NCBI RefSeq assembly: GCF_004010195.1
Contig: NC_057752.1
Coordinates: 4,960,879 to 5,024,878, forward strand
Direction of reading: 5' to 3'
Length of the DNA stretch: 64,000 bases
From: Chiloscyllium plagiosum
Lineage: Eukaryota
The number at the start of each line of letters is the position of its first letter. The first letter of the stretch is position 1. The position numbers were made by a program, and so were the translations under genes. The notes below the pieces were generated by a model. The model saw only the letters and a program-made list of their open reading frames with translations. It ran no database searches and had not been told where the DNA came from. This document shows positions 1 to 12,700 of this stretch, in pieces.

Positions 1-284
1 TTAGTCTGTTTAAGCCAATAAGTATCGTCTCTGAATGTCTTACTTACTAAAGGCTGTGCTTTTATACAAAACAACACAATTTCCATTCTTTTGTGTGTAA
101 AGCTCATAACTTGCATACTAACTTCCTTGGTACGCATAATTTGCTCTACAAACAAAGCATTTACATTGGTTTTCTTCCGTTTATGAATTACACGTTGTTT
201 CACAGTGCCTGTATTAGAGAGAGAGAGAAAAAAAGATCTTTCGGCCACATTTCCAGACATTGATGCATGGTTTAAATGGAAGAT

Positions 285-700
285 ATTCGACCAATTACAG
301 TCTTCAGCGGAGCTCCTCGCCTCGTCTTTCAGCTACTTACTTGTTGGACAAGATTGTGCCCAATCGAATGGGCAAGCCCTTTCTTTTCTATCTTACTATT
401 GGTTATATTCACATCACTTCGCTCTAATCAGTTTAGAGCCGCAGCCAATCTGAAGAGTTTAGTTTGCATTTTAGCCAATTACCTGCCGCGTTACATTTGA
501 GCAGTTCTCTCCGCCAATGGTGTGCTTGGGGCTGTGTTTTCTCTTGGAGTTTCGGAGCCAATCCGGGGTCGCGTTCTATGGTGATTTTGCAGCGTGTGGC
601 AGCTTGGAAGCTGGTCGTTGTGTGGAGCTCGAGCTGTCGAGAGAGCTACAACTTCAGAGATTGAGGCAACAGGTACCGTGTGTCCTCTTAGCCATGAAGG
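285..700 (+). promoter_or_regulatory. Putative LMBR1L promoter/5' UTR with clustered CCAAT (NF-Y) boxes
   Basis: CCAAT at 291, 360, 445, 475, 514, 558 and ATTGG at 398. CpG density is visibly higher than in the rest of the window. No obvious TATA box. Confidence 0.7.
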
Positions 701-729
701 GTCGCGATGGAAGACGACGTTATGATTAG
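694..729 (+). other. Out-of-frame uORF overlapping the LMBR1L start (MKGRDGRRRYD*)
   Basis: gccATGa at 694, 13 nt upstream of the main ATG at 707; TAG at 727-729. Confidence 0.6.
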
Positions 730-766
730 AGCAAAGCTCTTCCACAACAGAGTTCGTGAATGTATT
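707..766 (+). CDS. LMBR1L: LMBR1L coding exon 1
   Basis: gcgATGG start; MEDDVMIRAKLFHNRVRECI; donor gtaagt at 767. Confidence 0.9.
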
Positions 767-3700
767 GTAAGTTTTTTTTTGGATTTCTGGAAGTGATTAC
801 TTTTGACTTTCCTTTAATTCTTACTCAAGCGAAAGAAGTATTTTACTCAGTTGAACTCAGCACCAGACAAACCCTTTTGATTGTCGGCTATCTCTTATAC
901 TAGTAATCAATATTGTGCAAAATTATGAGAACTGCATGTCTTTCCAGATAAAGTTTAATGTACGATGTTAAATACAAAATGATTAATTTTGGGAGGAAGA
1001 ATGAGGTAAGGCAATATTAAACAAATCTCTGGACAAGTTGATTAGAAAAGATCTCGAAGGTGACTTTGGTAAGTAATATATATGTCATGTAATGCTGCCA
1101 CTCCACACTACAAACCCCTTGACTGAACTGCATACATTTTAAAAAAAACCTGAAAAATGGCAAAATAGGTTGAGAGAGTGGTTGATAAATCATATGGGAT
1201 TCTAGGCTTTATAAGTAGAGGCTTGGAGTACCAACGCAAGGATGTTTCAGTGAACCTTTTTACAAAACACACAGGTTTGGCATCAACTGTAGTATTGTGT
1301 TCAATTCTAGGCCCCACACTTTAGAAAAGGATGTGAAGTCACCAGAAATGTGCCAAAAAGGTTCACAAGAATGATTCCAGAGATAAGGGAATTTGGTGGT
1401 CTGGGTTCTAAGATGGTTCTCTTTAGAGAAGAAAATGTTGGAGTGGATATGTTAATACAGGTGCTCAAAATTATGGCATCAAGATAAAATAGAGACTGTT
1501 CCCATTGGGAGGAGGATGAAGGGTCAGAAGATGGTCATTTTAAGAAGAATGACAAAAGAACCAAAGGTAGCATGAGGAAAAATCTTTTTTTATGCAGTGG
1601 GTGATTGCACTGCCTGAGTGTGGTGGAGGCTAATTCAATCATGGTTTTCAAAAGGTTTCTGGCTAATTATCTGAAAAGGAGGAAAGAAATGTGTGGCATA
1701 GGGCAAGTAGCTGTTGCACAGAGCCAACCTGAACACAAAGGACTAACTAGCCTCCTTTCTGGACTGTAACCATTATACAATTCTATTTTTATCAGCAAAT
1801 GAGAGAATGTCTTATATGCTACCAGTAAAACAAGTCTCTCATCAGTGAGAAATGTCAGAAAAATGCAAGCCCATGGGTCACAGAAATATGGTGAACCGGA
1901 TCCAAAATTTGCTCAGTGACAGGAACCAAAGGGTAAAGGTTGACTGATATCTTTTTGAATAGAAAGCAGTTTCAAGTGGTGTTCTGCGGGGCTAAGTGTT
2001 TGGTTTCTTGCTGTTTGTTGTATATGTTAATGTTTTAAACTTAAATGTGGGAGGCATGATTGGGAAATTTGCAGACAGCGCAAACATTGGTAGTGAAGAG
2101 GATGACTGCAGGTCAATATCAATGGTTTGGTTGAGTCAGCAGAAAAGTAGCAAATGGAATTCAATCTGAAGAAGTGTGAAGTTATAAATTTTGGGGAGGG
2201 CAAACAAAGAAAGATAATGCACAAATGAGAGGATATTGAGAAAGGTGGAGGCTGTGCAAGACCTTGGAGTGCATGACCACAGGTTTCTGAAGATGGCAGG
2301 ATAGTTGGGTAAGTTGGTAAAGAAGGCATATGGGATATGTTCCTTCACCGGGCATGGTATTAAATACAGAAGCAGGGATATAATGCTGGAACTATATACT
2401 TTTAGACCACAGTTAGAGTTTTGCGTCTAGTTCTGGTTACCATATTATAGGAATGGCATAATGGCTGTAGAGAGAGTACAGAAGAGATCTACAAAAATGT
2501 TGCTAGGGCTTGAAAATTGCAGACATGAAGATTCATTAGGTGAAGGTTGTTCTACTTAGAACAGAGAAGGCCGATAGGTAGCACTAATTGAGATGTACAC
2601 AATGAGGGTCTTGGATAGTGTGCAAGAGTGTTTCCCCTAATGGAGAGAACAATTCCCAGGGAACACAGATTTAAGATGATTGGTAAGGTGTTAGAGGCAA
2701 CATAAGGGAAAAACCTATTCACCCAAAAGGTGGTGGCTGTCCAGTTTGGTGTTTGGAGTGGAAACCCTCAACTCCTTTTAAAAGGAACTTGGATCTGCAC
2801 CTGAATTGTTGTAACCTACAAGGCTATGGACCAGATGCTGGAAAATGGCATTAGAATGGGCAACTCGTTTATTCAGCCAGTGTCGAGATGATGGGATGAC
2901 TGGCCTCTTGCTGTGCCATACTGTTTCTGTGTCTTGATACCTGCTAAGATATAGTTGAAAGTTCATAGAGGAACACAGCAAACCACTTTAGCTGTGCATA
3001 ATATTCCCATTTATTTGTTATTTGAGACTTTACTGACTTGTTTTATTAAGTTACCTAATGGTTACTTGAAAATGAAGGTGAAGTATTAGTTTGAGTTCCC
3101 TCTGGTTTTTATACCAATCTGCTTAAATTTGTGCCATCTGATTGCTGATGCTTCAGCTGTTAGAGTAAATGGAGAAGATTTTTCTATCCAGTTCTTCCAT
3201 GATTTTGAATGCCCTTGTGGCTTTCCCTGCTCTGAGAAAAGTAGTCATGTTCACTACCCATGAGGATGGCCTGAACAGGGACTTGGGGTTCATGTTACAC
3301 TACAGGTGACCCCACTATACTATACACCCTCTCACGAACAAGCATACATATACACACGCACATTTTTACATACTCACACACACATGCAGACCCTCTCTCA
3401 TACACACACATACATGCCCCACACGCATACCCACGTGCACACCCTCTCACAGGCTTATACTCTGTCTGTCTGTCTCTCTGTCGTCTTCCCCCCCACCCCA
3501 CCACCCCCCATATGTACGCAGAATTATATTTGCAGATATTTTCTATTTTGCTCAAAAAGCACACAATCTGCAAGCAGTCAATCCGTGTGATATTTTATAA
3601 ATTCCTATTTGGGAAATAGAACCAATCTGACTCAAGATTGGAATACAGACAGACTCTAACCTCACACCTTTAATGCATTGTCTGAACTGAGATGTCACTT

Positions 3701-6700
3701 TTTTAATACAAAACCTTAAGTTATCTCAAGATTGTGACTTGAAAGAAGTTCTGGGATTTACGTATTTATGAACGGAAACCTGCAACCCATTCTAAAAGAT
3801 GAAAGACTTAACAGCAATCCAGGTTTGTTCAATATATCATTTCAGTTGCATGACACTATGATCTTGTGCTATAAATCCTGTGTCCTACGGTCCTGCTTCA
3901 TTAGCTACCTGATGAAGGAGCAGCGCTCTGAAAGCTAGTACTTTCAAATAAACCTGTTGGACTATAACCTGGTATTGTGTGATTTTTAAGTTTGTACACC
4001 ACAGTCCACCACTGGCACCTTGTCATCAAAAGTAGTCTGTGCAGATAACTGTAATCCTTCATCCCTGAAACCATCCTATACTATCTCCAAAACCTTCACA
4101 CACACATGGAAAAGGGGAGGCTAAGAATTGAGTCTTGAACATTTTGTGTGTCGATTGGCTCGAAGCAAAGCTCTCTGTTACCTAAACTGGGAAAGATAGG
4201 AATAGGACCAAAATGAAGTGGCTCCCCTGATATAAACTGTGGAAGATAGATGAGGAATGTTATCCTGATCAATCTTGCCCCAAAAAAGTCAGTGAAGTCG
4301 AGTTGGAATGTTTTATAGTATTGTAAACATATTGGGACTTTGATCAGGTCTGCTTGAACAGAGAAGATTGAAGTGATTTATTTGAAGGAGGTATTGGGGA
4401 TGGAACAGATTAGATAAAAAAATGTTTCAGGGATCTTGAGTGAGGGCTTATATGATTTAAGATTAAATATGAGTGACTTCAGATGAAGCAGGACATAGTG
4501 TATTTTTTTTATGCACAGAGGGTTGTAAAACTGTGGCAATGAACTGTCAGTGTTAATGAGTGAAGAAACTGTCATTACCACATTTTAAGAGCAGATTAAG
4601 TGGTTGAAGGAATGGGGACTAGTGTGGGGTAGATGCAACATAATTTTAAAATGTGCCATTATATATATTTTTTAAATTCCAAGGCTTTTTACAGAGGCAT
4701 CATAAAACACTATATACTGAGCCACATAAGGAAATATTAGTACCGATAACCAAAAGCTTGACAGTTAGAAGTAAAGTGGAGTTTCAGATTGTTGGATGAT
4801 CCAGGAATGATCAGCTACTAAGCTGGCTTTAGCTAAGCATTTTAACTTCAATAAATGAAATGGAAATGTGAATGTTTATTTGGCATTAGACAGTTATCAA
4901 GAGACTGACTTGAAATTGAATGCTGATTTGTCTCTATCTTTTAAGTGATTCAGAGTCCACTTGATTCTTGTACTGCCTGATACAATTCTTTTTTTTTCTA
5001 AATGGACATTATGTATCAAGTGTTCCACTTGCATTATTGCACAATGGGTTGGTATAATCTTCACTTCATCTTTATAAATGTGATGCATGTAATCTGACTT
5101 TGAATAAATTACATATCTGGTACTGCTTTCAGGGATACTTCCTAGCCCAATATGGTGTTAGATTCTGGTAAATTGTCCAACTCTTCAATGTTTTATGCTG
5201 ACTTGTGTTTAGATAAAGACTTGGCATGAATATTTGCACTTGGCAACATTCTTCAGGAAAGAATCTGTGACTTCCATATTTGACAGTATTGTAATGTACT
5301 AATAGCATAATCATAGAATCCCTACAGCGATGAAGCAGGCCATTTGGCCCATTGAGTCCACACTGTCCCTCCTACGTTATCCTGCATTTCTGATGGTTAA
5401 TCCACCTAGCCTGGGCACTATGGGCAATTTAGCATAGCCAATCCACTAAACTTGCACATCTTTGGGCTGTGGGAGGAAACCAGAGCACCTGGAGGAAACC
5501 CATGCAGACGCTGGAAGAATGTGCACACTCCACATTGTTACCCAAGGGTGGAGTCAAATCTGGGTCCCTGATGCTGTGAGGCAGCAGTGCTAACCACCGA
5601 GCCACCATGCCACCCTAAAGCTTCAGGTTTTTAAAAATTAAGCTATCTTTGTACATTGGTTCATTTTTTTTCAGGAGCAGGTGTGATGATACTATGGCTT
5701 CAAGAGATGTATTTTGTCCTTTATTTGTGAAGAAAGGTTGAGACAGAGGTGACAGCAGTCTGCTCAAAGCCATAAACAGCTTGTGAGGTCTTGGTTTGTT
5801 TTTAAGAAGGTGCAACAACAAAAGCAGCCTGAATGGATAGCGTCAAGCTCCCACAGAACCAGGATTTTTAGTTTTAGCTTTCTTCAGATGCTAGGATCTT
5901 GCAACTGAATGTGGAACTCTTATTCCTCTCTCTCTTACAGCTTAAAGCTGGAGTTCTCTTCTTGCTGCTAGAATTGCACATGACAAACAATCTGTTTTAC
6001 TGAATTTGCTTTTGCCAAAGATGTGTTTATGGGATGTTACTATATTAGAACATTTAATTAGTAATAGTTAAGCCAATTTTTTTTGTTTGTATTTTAACTG
6101 CAGTGTAAAAATAAAGTGTGTTTTGCTTAAACTCCGGCAGTTTGACCCATCAAATTAAATCTGGAACACACTGCCTTACACTTAGCCTGGACCCTAACTT
6201 TTTCTTATCTTAAAGCTATTTTCTTAATGTTTTGAGGGAGTTTGGTCTGGTCCTTAACAATACAAACTATTTAATGTTTTACTTAACCAATATATGACAG
6301 CAGTGGAATTTATCTTCCTCTGTACAAATAGCCGCATTAATAGTTGGTGGATAAATACACTACCTAACCTGTACAGACAAAGAGGAACTCTGGCTAAATT
6401 GTGACTGTGGTGTGGAATAACTTAACTTTTCTACTTCTGACTGCTATCTCATCAGCCCACTGCAAAACATGCATGTGCTGGCTTTGAAGAAGAACAAAAT
6501 TAGTCTTTGACTGTGATGCTGATTTAGTGATGTCAATTATGGGATAAATAAGTATTGATCTTCACTATTTGAGCAGAATGCCAGCTTACTGCTGACATCC
6601 TCTGTATTGTATTCCAGCATTTAAGCACCATGCGAGTACCAGTTTAGGAAGGAGCACAACGAATCAGTCCCTGAGTTTGGGAGTGTGTGGTCTTGGTTTG

Positions 6701-9700
6701 GGTGGGGTGGAGGGAATGAGCTTTAAAGGAAATCAAACGTGATAACATACTTAAGACACCAGGCACAAAGTTTTCTGCTTATTTGCCAAATGTTTCTGTT
6801 GCAACGTGGAAACATAAAGGGAACCTTTAACCTGCTCATGGATGAATATTTAATGCTGTCAATATCAAACTTGGCCATCAATGTATTACTGCTGAGAAAA
6901 GCATTTGCTTCTTTGCACAAAGTAGCCTCTTTGTTTTTTAGAATTGCTGAGATAATCTGTCACTTTGAAGTGTTCAAAGTCGGCTAACATCATGTGATAA
7001 GCTTAAACCAATATGTATTTTTTGAGTTTTCAAAAATGAATAATTGTGCATAACCATAAAAGATTCAAAAATGGACTGCAAGTAATGATATTTCCACCCC
7101 TTCTATTTTGGTGAAAAGAAAAATCAGCTAATATTCCCATTGCTGATCTCCACCCAGGGATTCTCTACTCAAGTGAGTACAAGCAATAACTTTCTGTTGA
7201 TACTACCTTTCACCTTTTTTAAGTCAGAGATTGAGTTTAATTCCTATTGAAGAGACTTGAGCATGAAAATCTAGGCCAATACTCCCAGTACAATACTACT
7301 GCAATATCAGAGGTGCAGACTGTCAGAAGAGGCATTACATCAGTTCTCCAAGTTAAAAGCTTCCAAGGCAGTATTTTGAAGAAAAGCAGGGGAGTTCTCC
7401 TCAGCATTCTGACCAATATTTATCTATTTATCCCACAATTGATATCACTGAAACAAATTGCTTCTGTCACTGACAGTATCTGCTCCTTGCTAGCATAAGA
7501 TTACAATTATAAAAATGTTTTTGACCTGAAATGCTGCCCATACTTTACTCTCTGCTGTACAGGGATCTGTATTTTCCCAGCATTTTCTGTTTTTCAAGCT
7601 TCCAGTCCTCAGACCCTTGCTCTAATGACCATTATCTCCTGAATACATTGTAGAGACCATAACTATTACTAACCCCCACCCACCCCACCACCACCACCCC
7701 CACCCAAACTCTGTGCTTATTGTCATTATTATCCCTCTCTTCTTAGCTATCATCCTGGGTTGAACCAAATTGCTTGTAACATTTGACATCCTATTGAGCT
7801 GAGCTTCCAAGCCCACATCCTCCACTTCATCACAAAGACTGCCCATTTCTTCCTCTGTAACATTGCTTCACACCATCTGCTCATTATGCTCACATCCCAG
7901 TAAAATCAGCCAGAAAGACTTTAGAAATATCTTGGAAACGTACATTTCAGCAAGATGCTTGTTTATAAACATTTGAGCCAGGAGCAGTAGGTTATCCAGC
8001 CACTTAAGTCTTGTTCTGCCATTCAATGAGATCATGGCGGATCAGATTGTAGTCTCAAATCCACAATTCTGCCTACCCCTGATTATCTTTCATCTCCTTG
8101 CTTAACAAGAGTCTATTGACCTCTGCCTTAAAAATATTCAAAATGGAACCGTATTTCAGGAAGAGCATTCCAAAGACACTGACTCATGACCCCAAGAGAA
8201 AAAAAAATCTACTGTCTGATTTAAATGGATGATGCCTGATTTTTAAACAGTGGCCCCTAGTTCTTGATTTTCCTGTAAGAGGATACATCCTCTTCACTTC
8301 CACCCTGTCAAGATCCTCCAGGATCTTTGTTTTTCTGTGTATAATGAGATGAATCTGCAAATTATTGTAAGCATTATGTCATGACTTGCAGGTTATGAAA
8401 TCACAACTGAATTAGTATCAGAGGTCATCAAAAGGTTTTGTAACAGTTGCAGTTTGATCCTGCTGTTCTTGTTAACAATGCAGGATAACATTTTGCTTAT
8501 GACTGCAGAATACAGTCAATTCCTTTTTGCATTATGCTACTAATTATAATTTTTCAGTGATTAAAGTTACAACTTGTATATAATTTCTATCTCTGCCCTT
8601 TTTACCCACCTCTCCATCACCCACCCCCAGTAATTTCCTTTTAGATCACACATTAGGCAGTACATGTTATACCTGACTCCATTGGATCAGCCAAAAGGTG
8701 TGCTTCCAGGTCCTTATCCCCTATCGTGTAACTAGCTGTTAAGAATAACATGCGAGTTGTTTGGGTTTGTATAGTTGTTCTCTAAGACTCCTTACCATGG
8801 GTCTTCCTGCAGCATTAGACACTGTAACTGTGATGGCAATTTGCTTTTTGTGATTGCGAGTAAACACTGCTTTGTTTCATGGTGCTTTGCACACAGAATT
8901 TATTTTGCATTTTTTCTTCAAAATTCTTCCAGCTACTATGTTCCATAAGGACTATATCTGCTGCTGATTAAAATGACTAATCTTCATATCTTCAACTCTA
9001 GTTTACCATTTGTTTTTCTTATGAACTTTGCCAGCAGGAGCAATTTTAGTCCAATTTTCTGACTCAGTTATTGACCAATTCCCTAAGGTACCACAGATTT
9101 TAAAGCAGATTTGGTTGCTCGTAGGAAACGGATAATTTAAACCTGATGAAAGTATAATTTATGTGCTGGAGTAAGATTACCTGACAATCTGTTTCCTTTT
9201 GTAGACTTGATGAAGGAATGAATGGTTTTCTTGTCGCAAGTATTTTGCAGTGAGAATTACAATAGAGTGAAACACTTTCATCCATCACCACAATACGGTT
9301 CCATTTTGATAGTTTAAGAATGAGAAAAATGGAAAGAAATTGTAAATTCAAAGTAGTCAAGGGAAATAACCTAGCTACTGCCATGCAGTGATTATTGGCA
9401 AGGTGTTTGCCCCTGTAGATATAGCTGAACACATTATCCTCCTCACTAATTTTGTCTGTATGCTAGTTCTGGATGGATAATCAGAAGCATTGAGCACTAT
9501 TGTACCTCATTGGATGAGTTGAGTTGGCTAACTGCAAAGATCAGGGCTCAAACCGGGAACCATCTACTATGTATGAATGTGTCACATGCTACATCAGTAT
9601 TTGATTTCTTGTACTTCTGGTTTGGAGGGAGGAACATTCATAATTTCATAAGAAGAATGGCTTTTTTTCCCCTAAGCATTTGGACAAGCAAAAGAAACAT

Positions 9701-12700
9701 TGAATTTGGGAACACAAACAAGCTCATGCTGATGTAACTGCTCTAAGATGAAGTATAATGCAAAGTTAATGCAAAGTGACTTTATCTGCATTCTAACCCT
9801 AGTCATTTGAGCACCTTTTTTAATCCATAAGACTCTTTCTATTTTCCACACTGCATACCCTTTGTGGATTGTTTGACTGCAACTACTGCAGCTTTATGTT
9901 GTAGACATTTACTCACAAGGAATTGTATTGGAAATGACTTTGCTTGTTTTTGTTGCTGTCTCTGTTAGCGATGGGAAGTTTAGTGCTATTATACTTGTCA
10001 TCTGACCTGGTGTTGTTATTCACTTTCTTGAGTGCAAAGTTTTCAACCACATTGAGTTCTTTGTAGAAATTGATGAGATATGTCATTATCATATGTTATT
10101 GGGGTCAGTTAGCTCAGTTTGCTGGACAGCTGGTTTGTGACGTGCAGTGATGCCAACAATATGTGTTTAATTCCCATATTGCCCAAGGTCACCTTGAAGG
10201 TCCCACCTTCTCAACATTGCCCCAATATGTCTACAACATAAAGCTGCAGTAGTTGCTTGAGGTGTGGAGACTCGCCACCGTTGTTTGTCTCAGAGAGCAG
10301 CCCCATGATCTTGTGGGACTATGGTGACTTTTGCCATATGTTATATGATAAAGACGAGATGTCAACAGTCCTTCATAGGCTATGACTATGACAAGGCTAT
10401 GATGAAATGCCAATTACCATTACCAAGATGTCAACAATATCCACAATGGATGTTCAACACAATTTGTTTTCAACACCATTAACCCAAATTCAACCAAACC
10501 AGCAACTCAATTCACATTTCTGCAATCTTTTGCATGTGTCAGTTATGTTAGAAGCTGGCACCACACACACTCCCCAATCACATTAATCACTCTGCCTGGT
10601 TTCCCCAATTGTGCCTGATTTGTGGGCCTTCAAAGAGGCTTTTAAAAAGTTTATTTTTAAACACACTTTTTTTAATTTAAAAAAAATTATTAAAGAGCTA
10701 TCTACTATGCAGAGGCATTCGATTAACCAAATTTCGGATAATCCGAACAAGATCACAAGGTCTCGACGCTTGGCTAACTGCTATCCAGCATCTGATTAAC
10801 CAAACGAAATACTGGCTGCCTGTGTCCTTCGGACAATCGAGGTTCCTCTGTACATAAATATCACTAGCAAATGGTCCTGTTCTTTAAGCTATTGTTAGCT
10901 ATTAAAAATTGGCTGATTCTCCGGTGTTGCAATAAATGCTGATTTTGTGATTTTATTTTTCCTGAACTGTATTCCTAAAACTGGAATGTACCAAGGGACA
11001 ATGATGGTAGATTTTACATTTTTGATATACAAAGAATTTGAGTGGAAACGTGAAGGAAAGGTGACTTTTTAAAACTATTGTAATTTTGTCCACTTCCCAA
11101 GGTAAATGCCAGTTATTTGAGGCTGACCTTGCTCTGGAAAACAAATGGACTTGAAATTGAACCTGTATAAAAATAAGCTAGCACTGGCCAACTATCATAG
11201 TTTTCAAAAATATATGTCTTGCTTCACCTGCTTCATGACATTTTTGAGGATGTGATAATCCATATTGTCTGAAGGGACAGAAGCTGTATGAGTGAGAGTG
11301 ATTCAGCTTTCTTGCACTGTTTGTTAGTTAAAGGATTCTGCTTTCCAAAAAGAGAAACAAGATAAAATATCAATTGCCATTTATTTGTAGTTGTTCGATC
11401 TCTTCAGGCATGCTGGTGCTAATGTAACCCAGTATTGAGCTGGACATCACCATCAAACAAATATATATTCAAATTAAATGCTGACTGAACACTGTCCACT
11501 GGCTCAAAGTTCCCTCCACACTGACTTCTAAATATTCTTGCAATCTGCCTTCTAATGGTAACTGTGCAGTCACCAATGTTGTGGAGAAGATAGATGGTCA
11601 CTTTTTTAATTTTAATCAAAAACAAAATCTTTGGCATTTGACGTTTCCCTAAGCTTTGCATGCTTCTTGGTTTCTAACATTATTGATTCCCCCTGCTCCC
11701 ATCCCCAACCCAAGGCCACATGTAATTGACTGCCTGGCTGTGATCAGATGGGCAGCATAAATCAGAGATCTATGATCACCCTTGTCTGTAAGATTGGGTT
11801 CTGTACTGAATAAACTTAGTGACTAAATGATCAGGGAAATATTTGCACTTAAACTGGCTAATAAGGACCACTGTGTGATGCCTTAAATGATCATGCGTAA
11901 TTGAGGAGGAAATATGAAGGAAAATGACCCTACAAGCCTGAGACACCAGCAAAAGGATGGATGGCTCTTTGAAAGCATTTGGCTAGCAGTGTATAGTTTG
12001 AGCTAAAACTCATTCAAATTTAGATCCTTTGTGCTAAAAAATGAGAGTGAAGGTTTGTCATAATAATTCTTATGATTTGACCTGACCCTAGTGTCAATAC
12101 GTTCAGATGTCAAACACCTGCCTTTCTGATACAAAATAGTTCTTACCAGTATAAGAAAGCAAAATTGTTCCGATTTACAAAAGTCTTGTTAGTAAACTAC
12201 TCCCTGGAGGGACAGTCAGACAGACTCCATATAATGACAAATGAAATTTGTTTGGAAATACTCGAACTGAAAAGCAAGCATTGCAGGAGCATGAAACCAG
12301 AGATAAAACAACAACATTGATTTTGATCGATCTGTGGGGACAAGCATGGACATGGAATTAAGCCTATACTCAGGTCAGCCATGCAGGATTGAGGGGCTGA
12401 ATGGCCTGCCTGTACTCCAATTTCTTATGTTCTTATGAAGTACTGGGAATACACAGCAGGTCAATCAGCATCTTGAGAAACAAGGTAGTTTAATAACCAG
12501 CCAGTGATAAAATTAACAATTTTTGCCTCTGAGATAAATTTTACATCATCTGACAGTTGCTGGGTAATGCTACTAACTTGATGCTAAACCAGAATTTCAG
12601 CAATGAAAACAACATGGTGAAAACAAGTCTACAGACCAGAGGCTCAAACAAAGACAGGATATCCTCTTTGAACATTAAGTGTGCTGCAGACAGGCAGGTG

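Noticed and set aside
517..729. 70-aa ORF as an independent gene or N-terminal extension
   Set aside because: Its ATG lies within a CCAAT box, probably upstream of the TSS, and it is out of frame with LMBR1L. Only its 3' part was kept as a uORF.
3295..3590. ORFs of 92-94 aa on both strands
   Set aside because: Low-complexity translations of a CA/TG-rich tract inside a repeat.
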